NCBI RefSeq assembly: GCF_016433145.1
Contig: NC_058133.1
Location: 35,276,492-35,340,491 of the forward strand
DNA from: Gracilinanus agilis
Lineage: Eukaryota
Direction of reading: 5' to 3'
DNA: 64,000 nucleotides
Program-made: the position numbers and the translations under genes
Shown: piece by piece, positions 38,131 through 50,484 of the stretch
How the letters are laid out: every line of letters begins with the position of its first letter
How positions within the stretch are numbered: the stretch's first letter is position 1
The notes under the pieces: model-generated
What the model saw: the letters and a program-made list of their open reading frames with translations, nothing else
Databases searched by the model: none
What the model was told of the DNA's origin: nothing

Positions 38131-41100
38131 ATGGCACCGTTTGCTTCAGTCTCGGACTCGGAGACGGATTCGGAGGCGCTCTCGGATGCCGAGGTTAGTG
38201 ACTCCCTTACCCCTCCCAAGCCCGACTATGGCCCCGATCCCGCTCCCTTCCTGGGAGCTCCCTGACCTCCCTCCCTTTTGTGTCTCTGCAGCTGCAGGAG
38301 GCCTTCGCTCGGGGCGATCTGAAGCCGGGGCTCAACGTGGAGCTCGAGGCGCCGAAACGGAGGCGCAATGATGTGGTGAGCGCGGACGGGGAAGATGTGG
38401 AGGAAGGGAGTGGGATGCTGTTCTGGCTCCATGTGCTGCTCTTGGAGCCGAGGAGCATGCGTGCGGGGTGGGGGGTGGAGCTAGGGAGCACGTGCGCGTA
38501 TTTATAAGTTTGGCCTGGGTTTGGGGGTCGCAGATGAGTGCACGGGGAGCTGGTTCTCCCATTCTCCACCCCCCTAGCGGAGCTTACGGCGAATCCTCCC
38601 TAGGCTGGGCTCGGTCAGTGTCTGGCTGAGTTCCGAAGGGACCTGGCATGGTTGGAGCGCCTAGACGTGACCGTGGGGCCAGCGCCAGAGCTCCCATCAC
38701 AGCAGACGCTTGTGGAACCTGGATCCGTGGACCCCGAGGATGACTTCCGGAGGGAGATGACCTTGTAAGTGGTGGGAGAGGGGCAACCTGACCTTGACCC
38801 TCCCGCCTGGCTAGGGTCATGTGGATGGGGAGGCAGCAGAGATGCTACTCCCTGCAGCACCCTGTGTCTTTCTGCCAGCTACCGACAGGCCCAGGCTGCT
38901 GTCCTGGCAGTGCTGCCCCGGCTCCACCAGCACCAGATCCCCACCAAGAGGCCCCAGGATTACTTCGCAGAGATGGCCAAATCTGACCAGCAGATGCAGA
39001 AGGTTGGTGTCTGCCCCTGGGCAGGGCAGAGCTACCCTTGTTTTCTTACTTCTCGTTGGGCTGTGTTTGCTGGAAAATAGGTTCTTGCTTCTTCTAATGG
39101 AAGAAATTCAGTCAGGTGGGATTTGGTTCCCTTCAGATCTTCTGGCAACTAAATGTCAATGTCTAGTAGAATATTTACTGATTTTTGCAGGAAAGAAAGC
39201 TCTCAGTTTATAGTATTGGAAACCACTTTATAGACTACAACCATATCAGATCAAAAAAAAATCTGCTCTTGGGATACCTCTCCTGTCCCCCAAAGTGGCT
39301 ATTCAGCCTCTCTTTGAATAAGGAGTAGAGGGAACCACCTTCTCTTCAATTCCTTCATTTCATTATCAAAAACTCAAATTGACAGGACGTTTTTCTACTT
39401 TGTCATATCTCCTTTTGGGCAGATAAGTGGATGGACAGCCAAGCCTGAAGTCAGGAAGACTCATCTTCCCGAGTTCAGTTCTGGCCTCAGAAACTTCCTA
39501 GCCATGTGATCCCAGGCATGCCACTTAAACCTGAACAGAGAGAGGCTGATCTATCAGGATTGCTTCTGTGTCTTAGATCAATGACTTTATGACTTGAACT
39601 CTTTGAAGGCACTGAGTTTTTCTTTCTTGTTCAATTTTTTTCAGTTGATTCTTGGTGGCCCCATTTGGGATTTTCTCGGTAAAGATCCTAGAATGGTTTG
39701 CCATTTCCTTTTCTAGCTCATTTGACAGATGAGGAAAATGGAGGCATATAGCTACAAAGTATTTGGGGCTGGATTTGAATTCAGATCTATCTAACTTTAG
39801 GCTTAGCACTCTGTCTGCTGCATTACCTAGCTGCCCCAAGTTTTCTTGATATTTCCTTATTTATCATGGGTGCTAGCCTCTTATATTTTCTGATCCTGAG
39901 GTCGTTCTTGACTGAGAAAATAAGTAAATAGGAGATACATCTCTGAACCAGGTGGAAGGTGAGAGTGGGTGCTGATGTGTCTGGCTCTCCTTTCATCAGG
40001 GCCTCATTGCCAAGGTGCCAGTGAGTCCCTCCCAGCCAGGTCAGCATCAGGGCCTGGACACCCCCTTCCCTTTTGAAGGATGAAAGTTAAGAAATCAGTT
40101 TCTGCACTGCTGTTGGCTGAAGCTTGGGGAAGGAGTTGGGGCAGGTATCTGCCAGTGTGTGGCTTCTCCCTTTTCTTACCAGTGGGTTTAGGGGTGGGGT
40201 GGTGGCAGCCCTGTTGGTTCTGTGTACAGGATGCCCAGTTGTGTTCATCCAAGTTTCCATGACTCCTCCTGCCTGTTGGATACTCCCTGACACCCTCCTT
40301 GTCCCCCATGCCCAAGAATTCACTCCTGCCCCTCTACAGAATTCTCTAGTCCACCATCTCCTACTCTAATGGTCTTCTGGCTTGTCTTCCAGCTTCATCT
40401 TTGGTCCTCTACATAGCTGCCAAAGTGGTGTTCCTCAAGCATGGGTCTGATGTCACTATTCCTCTGCTTAAGGCCCTCCATTGGCTCCCTGGCCTCTAGG
40501 ACAATACAGATGACCTTCTGTGGCATTAAAGTGCCTTACACTGGCTTCCATCTTCTCCAGACTGATTACATTTTTATAATTTTCCTATTATCAATGTGCT
40601 AACTTGGCTGGTTCTTAGACAAACTACTTGGCACAGAAGTGCTTGATAGATGCTTGTCTCCTTCCTTCCTATCCCCTGGACTCCATTCTCCATCTTTAGC
40701 CTTTGTACAGGTTGTCCTCCATGCCTGGAATACCCTCCCTTCCTGTCTTAGGATCACTTGCTCCCTTTAAAACTTTAACTCAAATAATATCCAGGGCCAA
40801 CCTTTCTTGATTTTCTGTTTTTAGTGCTCCTCTCTCAGAATCCCTTTGTGTTGATTGCATAAAATATGTATACTGGAGGTCAGGGACTTGCTCATGTGTT
40901 TGTGAGCTCCTCCAGAAGCACCAGGCCTGGCACACACAGAGAGTGGGTGTGGTGCTTAATGAAAGATTCTTTAACTGAAATGTAAATAAATTGCTTTATC
41001 ACTACTGTGAAAATCCACCTGAAGTAGTGGTTCAAGTCTTGCCTCTGACAGCTACTGGCAGTGGGGCTTTGGGGTCACTATTCATCCAGGTTAGGGAAGA

Positions 41101-44100
41101 TGTCACTTGACTTTCAGGGTCTGGAATCTCTATATATTCAGTAGTTCCAGGTCTGGACTTCAAGTAGTCCCTGCCATGGATACCAGCCACCTCTAGAATT
41201 TCTCATCCATTTCCTTTGGCAGACAAGGTGAGCCTGTCCCTTCTAATTCTGCCTCCCTTGGGCTTCACCCAAACACTCTCCACCATGGTCTCCTTTTATC
41301 TTAATGTTTGGGGCTGAACAACCTTCTCCCTACTTCCATCAGTCTATTTCTTTGGGATCTGTTCTGTCTGTCTCCCCAGGGTCATGTGCCAGGCCAGAGT
41401 CCCATCCCACCCAGGCTCAGAGATGCCTCCTCATGTGACAGGCCTTCAGAAGGCAGAGGTTGGGTTTGTCCCACCCTGACTAGATGGCCCTGAGGCCCTT
41501 CATCTTTACATCTGTGACCTAAGAGTAGCTTTCCCCAGACAGATTGAGTTTGATGTGTTCACCATCTCCTTTGCATCAGACACAGACAGAGGCAGCTAGG
41601 TAGTGCAGTGGATAGACTGCTGAACTTGGAGTCAAGAAGACAAGTCTGGCCTCAGACACTTTCTAGCTGTGTGTTCCTAGGCAATTCACTTTGCTGCTGT
41701 CTGTCTCTGTTTCCTCTTCTAAAATGGGGATGATCAACTCCTAAGATTGTTGTGAAGATAAAAAGAATATTTGCAAAGCTTTCCCCCACTGGTAGTAGTA
41801 GCAGTGGGGCAGAGAGTTTGTGTCCAATATTCTTCCCAGTCTCCCCCTGATGGGGGCTTATTTCTATATCCCATTCTACACATTGGGAATGAGATCATTC
41901 CTTCTCATCAACTCTGGGTGCCTGAGAGTGTTGCAAGATGAATGCTCTCCCTCTTGCCTCTGTCTCCTGACTCTTTTCTCAATCTGGGTCCCATGTGTCA
42001 CACCTTCCTTCTAAAGTTGACATATTCTGTGTATGTCTTGCTGGCACACAGCTATTGGCATGTTGTCTTTTCTCCTTGAACTGGGAGCTCCTTGAGGGTG
42101 ATGGCTATGATTTCTGCCTTTGTATTTTTAGTGACTGCTACAGAGTAGCCACTTCCCAAATTCTTGTTGATGTTAATGAGTAGAATTCTGCCTTTTAGGA
42201 CTTAATGCTGAGGACTAGGGAACCCAGATGCCAGTCAAGGCATCATTGGCCTCAGTGCTTCTTCTGTTGTCTTTCCTCTAGATTCGACAAAAGCTGCAAA
42301 CAAAACAGGCTGCCATGGCGAAGTCTGAAAAGGCCAAGCAGCTTCGAGCACTCAGGAAATATGGCAAGAAGGTAAGAGGAAGAAAGAAAGTGGGGCTTAT
42401 TAGGGCCCAGTTTTGATGCTTAACTTTGGGGTCAAACACCAGGGGAGGTGGTATCCAGTCTGTTAGTAGGAGCAAGACCTGGGCCCCATCCCGACTCTTG
42501 GTGCTGTTTCCTGATGTTACTAGAGAAGGGGGTTTTCTTTGTATCTATGGCTGTACATCCGGCAGCCAGAGAAAAATGCCATGGGACAGCATTGGTGTTG
42601 CTGCCCAGGGATCATTTATCCTGGTCTGGATTTCTGAAGATTTGCACCCATGATCAGGTGAAAAGAAATCTAGGGCTTCATCTTGAGGCCCCACCTTGAT
42701 GTTTCCATGGGTATGGGGCACCTTAGCTTGTTGGTTCCTTGTTACTACTTATGTTTTCTGGGGCATTGTGCGTGTGTTCACCAGCATGTTTGGAGTTTCT
42801 GGATTGGCCCAGGGTATGTCTTTTACAGGTGCAGACAGAAGTTCTTCAGAAGAGACAGCAGGAGAAATCAAAGATGATGACGGCTATCAAGAAATACCAG
42901 AAAGGTTGGGGACTGGCTTGGGTGGGAGATGGGGGGAAGCAGATTCTCCTGGGACATTGCCCTGCTCACCAGCTCACTCTGCAAATCCAGGCTTCTCAGA
43001 CAGACTAGACTTCCTTGAGGGAGATGACAAGGCACTCTCACGGGGCCAGAAGGAAGGAGCCAAGGCCAAGCAGATGAAGAAAGGGTGAGGCTGTGTTTTC
43101 TCCTGCTTTTGTATGAGTAGTTTAAGACAAGAAACCTATTTAAGAGTCTGGGGGGGGGAGGGTTGGATTAAATGCTGTGTGCCATGTTAAGTGTTTGATC
43201 CTCATCACTTTAATACGGTAAGTCCTGGTTAGTTTTCTTTTTTTAAATTCTTACCTTCCATCTTAAAATCAATATTATTCCAATGCAGAACAGTAAGGGC
43301 TACACAGTGGGGGTTAAGTGACGTGCCTGGGTTCACACAGGTAGGAAGTATCAGAGGCTAGATTTCAACCTAGGACCTGCTACTTCTAGGTCTGGCTCTC
43401 AACCCACAGAGGCTAAGGGATTTGCCTTAGGGTCACACAGCTTAGTCATTGAGTTTAGATTTGAAGTCTGTCCACTGTATTACATAGAAGCCAGCCAGGG
43501 GTAGAAGCCTTTGGTAGGCTGGTCCACTTATTTTGCATTTACTGTCAGTCCCTTCTTGTCCTCAAGAAAGCCCAAATTCTACTGAGAAAAACAACATGTG
43601 ATGAGTGGTGTATATTCAGGCTAGATTGGAGGGGATGAGAAGTAAGCTTAGAGAAAGGGCCCTGGAAGAGAAGTGGGATGTGGCATATGGTGGGTGGTCA
43701 ACAAGGTGGTGGGGCTTTTGAGGCAAGCTGTGGAGATGGAAGGAGGCCATTGTCACTGATCAGAGAACTCATGGAGGAAGAGAGGGAGGTGCCAGGTTAG
43801 GAAGGTCTGTCAAAGCCAAACAAGATTGTCTTTTTGATCCTGGAGGTCCCAGGGAGTCACTGGATTTAACTGAGGGGAGGGTTCCTAGAGTCAGCCCCAA
43901 GCTTTAGAAAGATGACCATAGCAGCTGAGTTGTGGAGAATAGGTCTAAGACGACCTTTAGAGCTTAGAGGGGAGAGACCTTAATATTTCATTTTAGGCCC
44001 AGCGCCAAGCGACGGTACAAAAACCAGAAGTTTGGTTTTGGTGGGAGGAAGAAAGGTTCTAAGCGGAACACTAAGGAGAGCTATGATGACGTGTCCAGCT

Positions 44101-44300
44101 TCCGGGCCCGGACCGCCCATGGCAAGGGCCCCCACAAGATGGGCAAGAAGTTGTCCAATGTGAGTGAACCCAGAGGCTGGGCCTGAGGGCTGGTGGGAGG
44201 GGAAAAGCAGCAGGACACATTTAAGACTGAATTTTTGTCTTTATTTTAGAAGAGACCTGGAAAACGGGCAAGAGACAAAATGAAGAATAGAACACGCTAA
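38131..44300 (+). CDS. EBNA1BP2: Probable rRNA-processing protein EBP2, complete CDS
   Basis: Exons 38131-38193, 38292-38375, 38604-38764, 38879-39002, 42282-42371, 42829-42904, 42991-43084, 43997-44159, 44250-44300 (TAA). All are GT-AG with consistent phases. Diagnostic peptides: [70 protein letters not shown]. Confidence 0.97.
44240..44245 (-). terminator. Candidate CFAP144 poly(A) signal
   Basis: TTTATT on + is the first canonical minus-strand AATAAA after the CFAP144 stop at 44516. Confidence 0.5.
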
Positions 44301-44515
44301 GTGCCACCTTTTATGCAGAGGATTGGGGAAAAAAAGACAGGACGTAGGCTTATGCTTCAGCCATCCCTTGGCTGCCTTTGTTTGAGTTGGGGGGCTGGGC
44401 AGGTGGGGGCCACCCCTGCAGCACTGGCTGGCTAGAGGGAACTGGGGGTAGGGTGGGGACCATAGGATGGATTGGAGTGTACAAAGGACCAAGGAGCCAA
44501 ATGTCCCTGGCCCTG

Positions 44516-47500
44516 CTAGTCTGAGCTCTCTCTGGCCTTCATGCGCCAGAATTCTGCCATATACTTCGTGATGTCCATGTATTTACGGAAAAAATTGATC
44601 CTGGTGTCCCAGCGCTCACTGGGGATCTGGAAAGGGGAGGACATGGCTGTGAGCAAGTGCGTGGACAGCTGTCCCTCTTGTACCCTGCCCCGAATCTCCC
44701 TGTCCCTGCCTCTAGGCATCTTAGCCAGCCCCTTTCCAAGGGCCATATAAATAAATGACTGTCAAGAACATAATAAATGACTGTCAAGAATATTAAGGCT
44801 CCTATGTGTACTGTGCATAGCCCTGAGTGGGCCCAGGGAGTGGCTTCCCTTCCTCTATGCTCTCTGGACACAATGGCTTCATCTATTTCCCCCTTGCTTC
44901 TCTGGAATGGCAGCCTCAGCCCACTGTGCCCTATTTGTGGTACCCACCACTTGTGATGTGGCAGGGGTCAGCAATGGACCTGGATTCAGTCCTGAACTGA
45001 TTTACTGGGTTACTTTCTATTTCAATTCCTCATCTCTGAGTTAAGGATGGAAAGCATAAGGGGGAAGGGGGGAAAAGATGGACATGGGAAGTGGCTGAAT
45101 TGTTCAACCACAGCATCAAGGCTGAAGGGAGGAGAGGGAGGGGACAAAGGATGGAAATCCAGGGGGCTGGCAAGTGAGCAGAGGGCATTGGAATCCTGAT
45201 TGCTGCTTCACTTGGACAAAACATTTCACCCCACTCCCCAGTTTTATTATAAAAAGGGAGGCAGGGGTTGGAGTAGGCCTTTGAAGTCTCTTTCAGCTTT
45301 GAAGCTTGCTGTGTGAGGACTTAGGGTTGTTTGTGCTTTTGGAGGCTGAGTGGGGGCTGCCTCTGGGAGGGAGGATTAGTGTTCCTTATCTTGTCTTTAG
45401 TCATTTTGTCTCTGGCTATAGGGGATAGGGCATCAGTAGGACTAATGTTGAAAATCTATTCATTGGTATTCCTAATAAGTGAGAGTTTACCATTTGGCAC
45501 CTGGATGGCCCCAGGGTGTGGGTAAGGACACTCACCAAAGGATCTGAGTCCCAGCCAATTTCTTGGCTCTCTGTCTGAGGTTCCGAATATTTCTTCTTGG
45601 GTCCTTGGGCAGCGTAGTGAATGATATTGAGGAATTTGGCTATGAGATAAGAGACAAATTAGGGAGGATTTGGGATTGCCATCCAATTGTATTCTGGCCT
45701 TTTCCCTCTATAAATGTGTCACAGTGGGTAAATGGGTCAGCTGTTGATCTTTCTCTCGCCATGTGGCCAGCCCAATGGTTGGTGGTGGTGGTAGTGGTGG
45801 GTTTTTTCATCCTGTGTTACTTGGATGACTTTTAAACCCTTACCTTCTGTCTTAGAAACCATACTAAATATTGGTTCCAAGGCAGAAGAGTGGTAAGGGC
45901 TAGGCAATGGGGATTAGGTGACTTGCCCAAGGTCACACAGCTAGGAAGTGACTGGCCAGATTTTGGACTCAAGCCCTTCAAACTCCAGGCCTAGATCCTA
46001 TCCACTGAACCACCTCACTGCCCCAGATGACATTCTTCATACCACTTCTGCACAGTTTATCATTCCCTTATGTAGCCTGACCTCACTTTCCCCATGATAG
46101 TCCACTTTCAGTCTTTACTTGCCAAGATGACACAGGAATGTTTAGTGTTAAAAAGAATGACTTTCATTTTCCAGAGCAGCCTATAGTCAGTAAAAGCACT
46201 GGACAGTTTCTTAGGCTGCTTAACCCACACATTGCTACCTGTTAACTCTGGGCCTATTTCATTGTCCATTTGCAGATCTGGCCCACACAAGTATGCTTAT
46301 AAATGATCTCCATGATTTATCTATGCATCATTGGGCCCAACTTGAATGCAATACTTTCTTAGCCTTTTGGGATCTAGGGTACCCCATGGGTGTGATGAGA
46401 TGTCAGGGGAAGATGGATGGAAGAAGAGTAAACTCTTCCTTCCACCTAAAAAAGCAGGCTTCGGGATGATCTGGCTGTAATTCCAGACCTGAGCCACATC
46501 AAAATCTGAGCCCTCTGAATCCCATTCTGAACACTACTACTTGTATGCTTGTTAACTTGCTGCTCCTGCCCCACAGCCTCAGGAGCCAGAATGGGGCAGA
46601 ACCAAACTTATGGGGTCTCAGCAGGGTAAAATGTTTTCACTTAGTTCACCGGTTTGAGCAGAGAGAGAATCCTTACCATCTGCAGGTTCTTCTATGTTGT
46701 CATGCCAAGACATAGGTTTTCTGGTGATGGTGTAACCTGGTGAAAGAATACAAGAAAGCCATTATCCCAGCACTAATCCTCTCCCCTCCCTCCACCCCCA
46801 TGGCCCAAGCCTGTTGTAAACTGGAGATAAACCAATATGAGGGGCATTAACAATTCCTCTCCATGCCCCACTCCTATCCCAAGCCTGATGTGAACTGAAG
46901 AGGCACCAATACAAGAGAGACATTAACTCTCCTCTACACCCCGCTTCTGTCCTAAGCCTTGTGTAAACTGGAGAGGTATTGTTTCAGCATTAATTCTTCC
47001 TCTCTACCCAATACCTGCCCCAAGACTGGTGTGAACTGGAGACGGCACCTGGGAATGTTACATTAAAGCACTCCTTTGCTGTCTGTTCTAATCCTACCCA
47101 AGCCTGGGGATGATTCGGGGATACGATGACAGAAGGCCTTTTCCTCAGCATCTACCTCCCCCTCTGCCCCATCCCTCGAGTAGTGATGGTGTGAGATGCA
47201 GAGAAACAGTAATAGAGAACTATTAGCCTAAAATTAACTCTCCTACCTTCGTTTCCCTGCCCAAAGTATAGTAATGGTGTGAATTGCGGAGAGATGCAGA
47301 GAAACCAGAAGGTGGAAGGATGACTGCTTGGGGATGTTGTAAATGGGGATTCCTTTGTGGGTAGGGGTTGGGGTTTTTGGCCACTAATGTCCCTTCCAAC
47401 CCCCCCCCCCCATTCCACAATTCAATAAAACATTAAGAGACCATGACCACAGCACTAACTCCCCTTCCCTTCATAGCTTACCCCCCCTGCCAAAGCCAGA

Positions 47501-49867
47501 ATGCCAGAGGACCATGACCCGTCTCCACTAGTTCCCTCTTGTCTCACTGTCAAGGTGGTGCTGATAGCAGACATCTAGATCCCACTCTATGCATTCTGTT
47601 AGCGCTTCACAACCAACCACCTTGTGAAGTAGTCAGCATGGGTAGTATTCTGATTTGATTTTGTTTTGTTTTTTTAAACCCTTACTTTCTGTCTTAGTAT
47701 CAGTTCTAAGAGGGGCTGCAAGAGCTAAGCAATGGAAGTTAAGTGTGCCCAGGACCACAAGCTAGGAAGTGCCTGAGTTCAAATTTGAACTGGGGTCCCG
47801 ACTCCAGGCCTGTTGCTCTACTACCTAGCTCCTCCACATCTGTGTTTTTCAGAGGTATAAACCAAGCTCCAGAATTCTTCCTCTTGTCCCTACTGGGTTC
47901 CCCTCAACTATCACCTTCCCACCTTGATATTCTCTATTCAAGATTTCTACTCCATGCTAGGTCTAAGATCTGGAGTCCTTTTTTTCTCCCCCCCTCCCCG
48001 AGATTCTCTACTCATGATGCCCAACTTTGTGCCCGACTTCTCAACTGTCCATAGCACTCCCTGGTTTTTGCCTTGGCATCCCTAGAGCTTGGTAAATGGG
48101 CTGGCACCTAGGTGTTTAATAAACGTTTGTTGATTGTCTTTTCAAACCATGTCCACTTTTCACTGTAATGATCTCCTAGAATGGAAAAGGAATTCACAAA
48201 AAATTACCTGCAAAATCTGGTTTCTTAAACTCTAGAATGCATTATTAAAGGGATGGCTGAGTAATATCTAGAAAAGGAAGCAGTGACCATAGAAAGCCAA
48301 TATGGTTTCATCAAGAGCAGATCATGCCAGATGAACCTTATTTCCAAACTGAGATTCTTTGTTTAACCATTGGGCTAAGAGACACCATGGTGCTGGGTAT
48401 GGAGCCCAGGCTTCTTAGTTAAGGAACCCTGAATTCAAATCCCACTTCTGATGCATATAGTATGACCCTGGGCAGGCTCCTTGATCTCAGCCTGAAGGAG
48501 GCAGCTTTCTAAGTCTATCTAATCCAGATCTGCCTTGGGGGAAGGATTAAATTTTGGATGCTACCCACAGGAATGAAATCTGAGTTGGAATCCCTCCCTG
48601 CCATAGGCTCTCAACAGAGTTGACCAGTTTGAGCATAGAGAGAATCTTTACCATCCCCAGGTTCTTCTATATTATTATGCCAGAACATAGGCTTACCCTA
48701 ATATTCTAGATACTAGAACAATGATGGTGAACCTTTTAGAGATGGGAGTGCCAGGCCCTACCCCCCCCCCCCTCCCCAGAGACAGGGTGCTGTGAGATGA
48801 CCTCAGCCAGTGACTGTATGGAGGAGGAGGGAGTGGATGGAGCACTCCGCTCCCCTCCAGCTCTGCTACTTGTGAGCTACCCACTTTACCCTCCATGCTC
48901 TCCCATTGGGGTGCTGGGCAAGGGGGGGTGGGAATATGAAAAAAATGTCATGCACAGTGGAGAGGAGGAAGGGGGCAGCTCTGCCCGAGGCCTTCTGCCT
49001 TTTTAGTAAAGAACTGGGGGGGGGTGCCCACAGAGAGTGCTCAGCATGCTAGCTTTGGCATCTGTGCCATAGATTTGCCATCACTGTACTTGGGAGAAAA
49101 CTTGTGGGGGGCAGTTTAGCAAAGAAAAGCAAATATGTACATACAAGGAGTAAACTGTCAAATAGCTTGGGCTGAGAAATTCAAGGAAAGACGGGGGACC
49201 ACTACTCACTGGGGGAAGAGTGGAAAGGGGAAAAGCTAGGGTAGGCTCCATTAGACAGGTAATCAGTGGCCAGAATCCCCCACTTGCGATCAGAAAGGAC
49301 CAATTTCAAATTCTGCCTCAGACTCTTCCTAACAGTAGGGGGGCAGCTAAACTGTCTTGTTTCCTCATTTAACAAATGGGAAAACTGAAGCAGGGGGCAA
49401 ATGACCCACTAGGGCCCCTCAGCCAATACATATCCGAAGCAGGATTTGAATGCTGTTCTTTGGGTCTCCAGGTCCAGCCCTTTAGTTGCTGAGCCGCCCA
49501 GGACGCTTCTCTTTATCCCCTCACCCCGAAGCGGCCCGCCTTGGCTTACACATTAACAAAGCAGGCTAGGGGAATTTCCAGGCGGACTCCCACTGAACCC
49601 TTGGGGTCTAAGGGTGGGTGTGGGTGCCCTTCCATGAGTCCCGGGACTCCCATAATCCTCTCGCAGGCATCCCTGGACCAGGGGCCAGGCTTCCCGCCTC
49701 TCCCCCACCCCCACCCCCCGGGCGGAGGGCGCACCCTTGCGGTGGGGGTTCACGTGGTACTGAGTGTACAGCTTCTGCGTTCGCAGCTCCTTGCGGATCA
49801 CCTCACACATGATCTGGGTCTGGTGCACCTCGTCAATAGGCTCCTTCTCTCGCCCTTTAGCCGCCAT
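44516..49867 (-). CDS. CFAP144: Cilia- and flagella-associated protein 144 (FAM183A), complete CDS, 135 aa
   Basis: Exons 49735-49867, 46677-46736, 45536-45639, 44516-44626 (TAG); GT-AG, phases 1/1/0. Translation: [135 protein letters not shown]. This matches the recalled FAM183 family and the human gene order next to EBNA1BP2. Confidence 0.93.
44750..44777 (+). terminator. Candidate EBNA1BP2 poly(A) signals (two AATAAA)
   Basis: First canonical AATAAA after the stop at 44300 is at 44750-44755, with a second at 44772-44777. Confidence 0.6.
46790..47110. repeat. Degenerate minisatellite of about 72 bp, about 4.5 units
   Basis: Anchor cccaagcctg.tgt(a/g)aactggaga recurs at about 46804, 46878, 46950, 47019 and 47097. 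Confidence 0.75.
48180..48350 (+). mobile_element. CR1/L3 LINE RT fragment
   Basis: agccaatatggtttcatcaagagcagatcatgccagatgaaccttatttcc resembles the SQHGFxKxRSCxTNLISF motif of CR1 RT. Confidence 0.65.
48618..48697 (-). pseudogene. Degenerate duplicate of CFAP144 exon 2 plus adjacent donor/intron sequence
   Basis: About 63 of 76 nt identical (hand count) to 46643-46720. It encodes [15 protein letters not shown] versus [15 protein letters not shown], and the donor GTAAAG is retained. Confidence 0.85.
48719..49086. mobile_element. hAT MITE with OC1-type TIRs
   Basis: caatgatggtgaacctttt ... catagatttgccatcactg, with partially matching 8-bp flanks TACTAGAA/TACTTGGG. Confidence 0.75.
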
Positions 49868-50450
49868 GGCCGGGATCCCCTGTTCTGGCTACTCGAAAGG
49901 CTTAAGTCTGCCGCTCACTCAGACGCGGTCTCCAGGCAACCTCTGTCCAGCCTCGCCCCCCCAAGTGGCCCGCAGTGGTAGAGGCCGCCCCGACCCCGGC
50001 ACTGCATTTGGAACAGCCCAGGGCTCGCTCCCGGGCCAGGGTCTGCCCGCTCCGAGGCCAGGGTCTGCCCGCTCCGAGGCCAGGGTCTGCCCTCTCCCGG
50101 GGTGTGCTGCAGCGCCCCCTCCCCCACGGTTAACTGTTTTAAAAGTCCGTGAACTCTGCCAGGACGTGGTGTCCCTCCGCCACGGATGGGGGCCCCCAAA
50201 GCCCAGCGCCCTGGGAGCTGGCTTCGGCTCCTCCCCATCTCCTGCTCCACTTGTCCATCAATATTCCCTTTCCTGGCTTTGGCCTTGGCCAAGGGCTCCC
50301 GAAGGCTAGGAATGGTCACCGCAGGCCCTGGAAAGGCCGACCTGGCTTCCTTGTTTTGTACCGGTCCACCACCCCGGATCCCGGATCCCGATCTGGTGGC
50401 CGAAGCACTTGTATTCACTGGCAAGGATTTTGTATTTACACGCCTACGTG
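49450..50450. promoter_or_regulatory. CpG island and CFAP144 promoter with X-box
   Basis: CpG-rich region around the CFAP144 ATG (49867). X-box-like GTCTCCAGGCAAC at 49928-49940. Confidence 0.75.
50035..50097. repeat. 22-bp GC-rich tandem repeat, about 2.8 copies
   Basis: Unit GCCAGGGTCTGCCCGCTCCGAG is exact twice, followed by a partial third copy. Confidence 0.9.
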
Positions 50451-50484
50451 TTACACACCCCTGGTAGAATATTGGGGTTTTGTT

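Larger units (their letters stand above)
37500..38950. promoter_or_regulatory. CpG island and bidirectional promoter of CFAP57 and EBNA1BP2
   Basis: CpG-rich stretch in an otherwise CpG-poor window. The divergent ATGs at 37753 (-) and 38131 (+) are under 400 bp apart. An acceptor just above 37773 suggests a non-coding CFAP57 first exon (candidate donor at 37916). Confidence 0.85.

Noticed and set aside
37373-38860. Multiple antisense and alternative-frame ORFs in the CFAP57/EBNA1BP2 island
   Set aside because: Shadow frames of real exons in GC-rich sequence.
47140-47420. Non-repeat-looking segment with short minus-strand ORFs
   Set aside because: No recognisable domain or splice context. 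It may be an unclassified retroelement fragment.
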